64,000 nt of DNA from an uncultured Gemmatimonadales bacterium (GTDB lineage Bacteria > Gemmatimonadota > Gemmatimonadetes > Longimicrobiales > Longimicrobiaceae), in the NCBI GenBank assembly GCA_963716255.1, contig OY970303.1, forward strand, positions 7,776,001 through 7,840,000, given 5' to 3'. The translations under genes and the position numbers were made by a program. Below are positions 58,326 through 64,000 of this stretch, piece by piece. Below the pieces are notes generated by a model. That model had not been told where the DNA came from and ran no database searches. It saw only the letters and a list, made by a program, of their open reading frames with translations. Position 1 is the first letter of the stretch; each line of letters starts with the position of its first letter.

Positions 58326-59064
58326 GCCGACGGCGGAGGGGGAGCCCGTACGCCTCCAGGTGTTCATCGCCCGGTCGGGGATCGCGTCGCGGCGCGGGGC
58401 CGAGGAGCTGATCGCCGAGGGGCGCGTGTGGGTCAACGGCGAGACCGTGACCTCCCCGGGGACCAAGGTGACGCCGGGGGTGGACCGGGTGGAGGTGGAC
58501 GGCGAGGCGATCGCCTCGGCGGTGGAGACGATGTGGGTGGCGCTGCACAAGCCCAAGGGCTACGTCACCACCCGCCACGATCCCTACGGCCGCAAGACCA
58601 TCTACGAGCTGCTCCCGGCCAAGCTGCACCACCTCTTCCACGTGGGGCGGCTGGACCGCGACAGCGAGGGGATCCTCCTCCTCACCAACGACGGCCCGGG
58701 CGCGAACCGCTTCCTTCACCCGCGCTTCGGCGTCACCAAGGAGTACCTGGTGGACGTGGACGGCCGCCCCACCGCCGACGAGTTCCGCCGCCTGGTGGCG
58801 GGGGTGGAGCTGGAGGACGGGACGGCGCGGGCCGAGTCCGCCGAGCGCCTGCACCAGGTGGACCTGGACGTGTGGCGCATCCGCGTGGTGCTCCGCGAGG
58901 GGAAGAAACGCGAGGTGCGCCGCATGCTGGACGCGGTGGGGCACCCGGTGCGCCGCCTGATCCGGCGCCGCTTCGGCCCGGTGGAGCTGGGCGAGCTCCC
59001 CTCCGGCAAGTGGCGGGTTCTGGGGCCCGCCGAGCTTCGCGGCCTGATGAAAGGGCCGGGATGA
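58306..59064 (+). CDS. rluB: rRNA pseudouridine synthase (RluB/RsuA family)
   Basis: S4 domain SRRGAEELI; HKPKG, VGRLDRDSEG, EGKKREVRRM. Confidence 0.88.
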   Translation: MARRQGRPTAEGEPVRLQVFIARSGIASRRGAEELIAEGRVWVNGETVTSPGTKVTPGVDRVEVDGEAIASAVETMWVALHKPKGYVTTRHDPYGRKTIYELLPAKLHHLFHVGRLDRDSEGILLLTNDGPGANRFLHPRFGVTKEYLVDVDGRPTADEFRRLVAGVELEDGTARAESAERLHQVDLDVWRIRVVLREGKKREVRRMLDAVGHPVRRLIRRRFGPVELGELPSGKWRVLGPAELRGLMKGPG

Positions 59065-59075
59065 ACTGCTGACTT

Positions 59076-59208
59076 GGGCGTGCCCCCGGCTGTGCCGGGG
59101 TCGGGCTTCGGCTCCGTAAGGCAGCAAACAACGCTGCCTAACGGAGTCGAGCCCCGGCGGAAACAGCCCCGCCGGGTCTCGCCCCTCCGGGCCGAAATCC
59201 CTCACGCG
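59076..59208 (+). repeat. Structured repeat family A, copy A6
   Basis: Inner stem AGGCAGC/GCTGCCT. Confidence 0.95.
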
Positions 59209-59269
59209 GGCTCCGGTGCATTCCGCGGCTGCCGAATCTTCGAACCATCTACCTACGAACGCTTCGCAC

Positions 59270-60928
59270 ATGGAAATCCGGGGCTCTCGCATTCTCCTGC
59301 TGGGCGGGTCCGGGCTCGTCGGGACGGCGCTGGCGCGCCAGCTCCTCCCGCTGAAGCCGGCGCTGGTGGTCATCTCGGGGCTCACGCGGGACGAGGCGGA
59401 GGGGGGCGTCGCGGAGCTGCGCCGCGAGCCCGACGCGGAGGGGGTGGAGATCGTGCCCGAGTGGGGGGACATCTTCCTCCCCGCGGAGCTCAAGGACATC
59501 CGCCGCCGCGACATCGTGGAGGACCCGGCGGCGCGCGCGCAGATCCTGGACGACCTGCTGGGACCGCTCACCGAGGACGTGATCGAGCGCTCGGCGCTGG
59601 GGCGGATCATCGCCCGGCACCGGCCGGAGGTGATCGTGGACACCATCAACACGGCCACCGCCTTCGCCTACCAGAACGCCTTCGACAGCGCCAGCGAGCT
59701 GCGCGAGAAGGCGCGGCGCGGCGAGGCCGACCTGGACGCGGTGGAAACTCACCTGGCGACCATGTACCTGCCGCAGCTCATCCGCCACGTGCAGCTGGCG
59801 CTGGAGGTGATGAAGCGCGCCCGGACGCAGGTGTACGTCAAGGTGGGGACCGCCGGCACGGGGGGGATGGGGCTCAACATCCCCTTCACCCACTCGGAGG
59901 AGCGCCCCTCGCGCGTGCTCCTGGCCAAGTCGTCCATCGCCGGGGCGCACACGCTGCTCCTGTACCTGATGGCGCGCACCCCGGGCGCCCCCACGGTCAA
60001 GGAGATCAAGCCCACGGCGGCGATCTCCTGGAAGAGCATCGGCTTCGGCGACGTGAAGCGCGGCGGGCGCACCATCCGCCGGGTGGACGCCGTGGCGCCG
60101 GTGCCCGTGGCCGAGCTGGCGGCGGACGGCGCGGCGGAGGGGAGCTGGCGCGACACCGGCGAGGCGCTCACCGGGGTGTATGTGGACTCGGGGGAGAACG
60201 GGCTCTTCTCGCCGCCGGAGTTCGAGACGCTGACGGCGCTGGGGCTGATGGAGTTCATCACCCCGGAGGAGATCGCCCAGGACGTGGTGCGCGAGATCCG
60301 CGGCCAGCCCACCGGGCACGACGTGGTGGCGGCGCTGGACGCGTCCACCTCGGGCCCCACCTACCGCGCCGGGGTGCTGCGGCAGTCGGCGATGGCGCGC
60401 ATGGAGGAGCTGGAGCGGGAGCACGGCCAGGAGAGCGTCGCCTACGAGATGCTGGGGCCGCCGCGCCTTTCCAAGCTGCTCTTCGAGGCGGCGATCCTGG
60501 GGCGGCTCACCGGCGGCGCGCTGGACGCGGCGGCGATGCTGGACCCGGACGCGGCCGCGGCGCGCGCCGAGGCGCTGGTGCTGGAGGACGCCCAGCTGCG
60601 CACGGCGATCCTGTCCATCGGGCTCCCGGTGCTGCTGCGCGACGGCGAGCGCGTGCTCCGCGGGGCGGACGTCAAGGTGGCCCCGGCGCCCGGCGAGCCA
60701 TGGGAGCGCACGGTGGAGAACGGCTGGGTGGACCTGCGCCCCGCCAACTGGGCCCACTGGCGCGCCCGTGCGGACGCCATCTGCCGGCGGCTGGACGCCT
60801 GCGGCGACGCTTCGGTGGGCTCCCGCTGGGACGTGGAGCCGTGGGAGCGCGCGCGCCGCATCCGCCCCGGGGCGCTGGCGGCGTGGGTGTTCCGCCACGA
60901 GGACCGCGGCGAGCGCATCAAGCGCTGA
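59270..60928 (+). CDS. Atypical large Rossmann-fold (SDR-like) protein
   Basis: N-terminal ILLLGGSGLVG, EWGDIF, IVDTINTAT, YVKVGT.GTGGMG.NIPFTHSEERPS; 552 aa. Confidence 0.75.
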   Translation: MEIRGSRILLLGGSGLVGTALARQLLPLKPALVVISGLTRDEAEGGVAELRREPDAEGVEIVPEWGDIFLPAELKDIRRRDIVEDPAARAQILDDLLGPLTEDVIERSALGRIIARHRPEVIVDTINTATAFAYQNAFDSASELREKARRGEADLDAVETHLATMYLPQLIRHVQLALEVMKRARTQVYVKVGTAGTGGMGLNIPFTHSEERPSRVLLAKSSIAGAHTLLLYLMARTPGAPTVKEIKPTAAISWKSIGFGDVKRGGRTIRRVDAVAPVPVAELAADGAAEGSWRDTGEALTGVYVDSGENGLFSPPEFETLTALGLMEFITPEEIAQDVVREIRGQPTGHDVVAALDASTSGPTYRAGVLRQSAMARMEELEREHGQESVAYEMLGPPRLSKLLFEAAILGRLTGGALDAAAMLDPDAAAARAEALVLEDAQLRTAILSIGLPVLLRDGERVLRGADVKVAPAPGEPWERTVENGWVDLRPANWAHWRARADAICRRLDACGDASVGSRWDVEPWERARRIRPGALAAWVFRHEDRGERIKR

Positions 60929-60936
60929 TCCCCGCC

Positions 60937-62472
60937 ATGGCCCAGCCCCCCCTCTCTCCCTCGCTGATCCGCGACCTCGCCAAGGCGTACTCGCTGGGCG
61001 AGTTCTACCCGGTGACGCACCCCACGCTGGAGCAGGTGCTGGAGAAGCTGGACCGCGACCTGCTCGCCCTGGGCGGCGAGCTGCGGGTGGAGGTGGAGCC
61101 CACCTCGCTGCGGGTGGGGCGGGAGTGGGCGGCGTGGCGCTCCACGCACGTGACGCGCTTCGCCGCGCGGCTGGCCGGCCACGGGGTGCACTCCTTCGTC
61201 CTGCGGGCCGAGGAGGCGCGCGCTGACGACCTGGGCCGCTTCCTTTCCGCGGCGGCGCTCCCGGTGCGGGTGGTGCGCGCGGCCGGCGGCTTCGTGGCGG
61301 CGCTCTCCGCGGCGGGGCTGCGCGGCGTGCTCGTCAACGGCGTCGCGCCCGACCCGCCGAAGCCCGCCGCGCCCACGCCGGCCGCGCCGCAGGGCGGCGT
61401 CAACTTCGACGTGTCGCTCTGGTCGGCGCACCAGATGTACGAGCTGGTGAAGCAGACGGCGGTGCGCGTGGAGCAGGAGGACCTGGAGGCGCTGCGGCGC
61501 GAGCTGGTGGAATCGCCGGACGCGGAGCGGGTGCAGCTGGTGGAGCGCATGCGCCAGACGGCGCAGTGGACGGCGGGGCAGGGGCGCCTGGACGAGGTGG
61601 TCGCGCTGGTGCTGCGCATGCGCACGGACGCCGAGGAGCTGGGGAGGACCGCCCCCGCCCGCCGCGCGCACGTGATGCTGGCGCTGGCCAGGGTGGCCTC
61701 GCCCGCGGTGGTGGGCGAGCTGGTGGCGCGGCTGGGCCGGGCGCGCAGCGAGGAGGAGCGCGCGGAGGCGCAGGCGGCGCTGCTGCACGTGGGCGCCGAG
61801 GTGGTGCCCCCGCTGGTGCGGGCGCTCTCCGACGCGCAGGACATGTCGGCGCGGCGGGCGTACCGTGACGCGCTGGTGGCGCTGGACCGGGTGGGGATCC
61901 CCCTGCTGGAGGACATGGCGGGCGACGAGCGCTGGTTCGTGGTCCGCAACATGGTGAGCATCCTGGGCGAGATCCGCAGCGCCGAGGCGGTGGAGCACTT
62001 CGCCCGCACGGTGCAGCACGCGGACGCGCGCGTGCGCCGCGAAACGGTGCAGGCGCTCACCAAGCTGGGCGGCGAGGAGTCGGTGCCGCTGCTGGTGCGC
62101 GCGCTTTCCGACGCGGACCCCGGGATCCGCGGCGCCGCCGCGCTGGGGCTGGGGCTCGCCCGCATCCCCGCCGCCGTGTCCCCGCTGCTCCTGCGCCTGG
62201 GCCAGGAGACGGACGCCGAGGCCGAGGCGGAGATCGTGCGCGCCCTGGGCCGCCTGGGCGACCCCCGCGCCGTGCAGCCGCTGGCGGAGCGCGCCGCGGC
62301 CGGCGGGTGGCTGTCGCGCCGCTCGGCCGCCGGGCGGGTGGAGGCGGTCCGCGCGCTGGGCGCCATCGGCGGGGACGCGGCCCGCGGCGTGCTCCAGGGG
62401 CTCGCCGCCGACCGGGCGCCGGAGGTGCGCGACGCGGTGCAGCGGGCGCTGCGCGGCGAGCCCGTGACCTGA
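60937..62472 (+). CDS. HEAT-repeat protein
   Basis: N-terminal FYP.THP motif; repeats D..W.VVRN, DARVRRE, DPGIRGAAA.ALG, VRALG.LGD. Confidence 0.85.
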   Translation: MAQPPLSPSLIRDLAKAYSLGEFYPVTHPTLEQVLEKLDRDLLALGGELRVEVEPTSLRVGREWAAWRSTHVTRFAARLAGHGVHSFVLRAEEARADDLGRFLSAAALPVRVVRAAGGFVAALSAAGLRGVLVNGVAPDPPKPAAPTPAAPQGGVNFDVSLWSAHQMYELVKQTAVRVEQEDLEALRRELVESPDAERVQLVERMRQTAQWTAGQGRLDEVVALVLRMRTDAEELGRTAPARRAHVMLALARVASPAVVGELVARLGRARSEEERAEAQAALLHVGAEVVPPLVRALSDAQDMSARRAYRDALVALDRVGIPLLEDMAGDERWFVVRNMVSILGEIRSAEAVEHFARTVQHADARVRRETVQALTKLGGEESVPLLVRALSDADPGIRGAAALGLGLARIPAAVSPLLLRLGQETDAEAEAEIVRALGRLGDPRAVQPLAERAAAGGWLSRRSAAGRVEAVRALGAIGGDAARGVLQGLAADRAPEVRDAVQRALRGEPVT

Positions 62473-62483
62473 ACCCACCGACC

Positions 62484-63470
62484 ATGGCATCCGACGCCCC
62501 GCGCCTCCCGGAGAGCGCCCCCGCCCCCGGCTTCGCCGCGCGCATCGTCGCGGAGGTGCACCGCCGCGTGGTGGGGCAGGAGTACATGATCGAGCGCCTG
62601 CTCATCGGGCTGCTCACCGGCGGGCACGTGCTCTTCGAGGGGCTCCCGGGGCTCGCCAAGACGCTCACCGTGCGCACCCTGGCGGACGCGGTGGACGCCA
62701 CCTTCCAGCGCATCCAGTTCACGCCCGACCTGCTCCCCGCGGACGTGGTGGGAACCACCATCTACGACGTGCGCACGGGGGAGTTCACCCCGCACCGGGG
62801 CCCGGTCTTCGCCAACATCGTCCTGGCCGACGAGATCAACCGCGCCCCCGCCAAGGTGCAGGCGGCGCTGCTGGAGGCCATGCAGGAGCGGCAGGTGACC
62901 ATCGGGGGCACCACCTTTCCGCTGCCGCAGCCGTTCCTGGTGCTGGCGACGCAGAACCCCATCGAGCAGGTGGGCACCTACCCGCTGCCCGAGGCGCAGG
63001 TCGACCGCTTCATGCTCAAGGTGCGGGTGGGCTACCCCACGCGCGAGGAGGAGCGGGAGATCCTGCGCCGCATGTCCGGCGGCGAGCCCATCGCGGTGCG
63101 CCCGGTGGTGGGGGCGGAGGAGATCCTGGCGGCGCGCCGCAGCATCGCCGGGCTGTACCTGGACGACACCGTGGGCGACTACATCCTGGACGTGGTCACG
63201 GCCACGCGCGAGCCGCGGCGGTTCGGGCTGGGCGAGCTGGAGCCGCTGATCGAGTTCGGGGCCTCGCCGCGGGCCACGATCGCGCTGGCGACCTGCTCGC
63301 GGGCGCACGCCTACCTGCGCGGCAGGAGCTACGTGACGCCGGACGACGTCAAGGCGATCGGCGCGGACGTGCTGCGCCACCGGGTGATCACCACGTACGA
63401 GGCGGAGGCGGAGGAGGTCACCCCGGACGAGATCGTGCGCCGGGTGTTCGAGGCGGTGCGGGTGCCATAG
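62484..63470 (+). CDS. moxR: MoxR family AAA+ ATPase
   Basis: GHVLFEGLPGLAKT, RIQFTPDLLPADVVG, LADEINRAPAK, ATQNP.EQ.GTYPLPEAQ.DRF, GASPR. Confidence 0.95.
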   Translation: MASDAPRLPESAPAPGFAARIVAEVHRRVVGQEYMIERLLIGLLTGGHVLFEGLPGLAKTLTVRTLADAVDATFQRIQFTPDLLPADVVGTTIYDVRTGEFTPHRGPVFANIVLADEINRAPAKVQAALLEAMQERQVTIGGTTFPLPQPFLVLATQNPIEQVGTYPLPEAQVDRFMLKVRVGYPTREEEREILRRMSGGEPIAVRPVVGAEEILAARRSIAGLYLDDTVGDYILDVVTATREPRRFGLGELEPLIEFGASPRATIALATCSRAHAYLRGRSYVTPDDVKAIGADVLRHRVITTYEAEAEEVTPDEIVRRVFEAVRVP

Positions 63471-63496
63471 GTTTTTTTCCGCTTCGACGAGGTTGG

Positions 63497-63629
63497 TGGG
63501 GCCGCTACGGAGCCGGACGATACTGCCGTCCGTCTCCTCCGCGGGCTCCGGGAGCCACCGGAAACCGCCCCGGTGTCTCCCTGCGCCGGGGGGAGCCTCG
63601 CCAAACTGCCGGCGAGTCTCCCCCCGTAC
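63497..63629 (+). repeat. Structured repeat family B, copy B4
   Basis: Three modules with loops atactgc, aaaccgcc and aaactgcc. Confidence 0.92.
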
Positions 63630-63687
63630 ATCTTGTGGGAACGGCGGAACGGCGTCCGTTCGTCTGGATCTCGACACGAGGTGAGCC

Positions 63688-64000
63688 ATGCCGGTCGTCG
63701 AACGCTCGGTGGAGATCCTCGCGCCGCGGGGGGCGCTCTTCGACCTCGCGCAGGACTACTACGTGCGCACGGAGTGGGATCCCTTCCTGCGCGAGATGCG
63801 CTTCCTGGACGGCGCCACGGAGGCGGCGCCGGGCGTGCGGGTGAGGGTCCGGGCGAAGAGCGGGCTGTCCATGGAGGTGGAGTACGTGACCGTGGTTCGG
63901 CCGGAGCGCGTCGCCGTGCGGATCACCCGCGGACCGTTCTTCTTCGAGAACTTCGCGGGCTCCTGGCTCTTCCAGGACGCGGGCGGCGGCGTGACGCGGG
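63688..64000 (+). CDS. SRPBCC/polyketide cyclase-like protein, 3'-truncated
   Basis: MPVVERSVEILAPRGALFDLAQDY..R.EWDPF..GPFFFENFAGSWLF; GAGG RBS. Confidence 0.8.
   Translation, partial: MPVVERSVEILAPRGALFDLAQDYYVRTEWDPFLREMRFLDGATEAAPGVRVRVRAKSGLSMEVEYVTVVRPERVAVRITRGPFFFENFAGSWLFQDAGGGVTR

Noticed and set aside
59044..59200. Hammerhead ribozyme (CTGATGA ... GAAA) at copy A6
   Set aside because: CTGATGA lies in the rluB coding end and is absent from the other A copies; the required stems are not evident.
59074..62472. Apparent 1132-aa protein and similar N-terminally extended ORFs (8496-11423, 28258-30987, 52346-54580, 40435-42678)
   Set aside because: The extensions overlap genuine upstream genes in another frame. 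The real starts are internal (60937, 9806, 29956, 53471, 41295).

Overview
Very GC-rich bacterial chromosomal segment. Gene content and style suggest Gemmatimonadota (Longimicrobium-like); this is an inference. It carries about 58 mostly housekeeping CDSs: a minus-strand run mfd-PPIase-surA-S4-pdxA-ftsE-ftsX-envC-holB-moaC-SLT, plus lepA, gltX, lexA, tadA, pyrR-pyrB-pyrC-yhaM, rpsT, scpA-scpB-rluB and a moxR ATPase. No rRNA, tRNA, CRISPR array, transposase or integrase was recognised. The most striking unexplained signal is intergenic. Eleven ~130-bp structured elements fall into two families (A: 7 copies, B: 4 copies) and are built from one shared hairpin module, GAGC-stem-A(A/T)ACNRC(C)-stem-TCTC. 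The stems differ in sequence between copies but stay paired, while the loops are conserved. Eight of the 11 lie just downstream of a stop codon in the sense orientation. Other items of interest are a MITE-like element, a STAS-GHKL kinase / STAS-wHTH gene pair, a compositionally distinct regulator-lipoprotein islet, and a set of readable TTGACA-N17/18-TANNTT promoters, one of them apparently leaderless. Product calls come from motif recognition by eye; no database searches were run.
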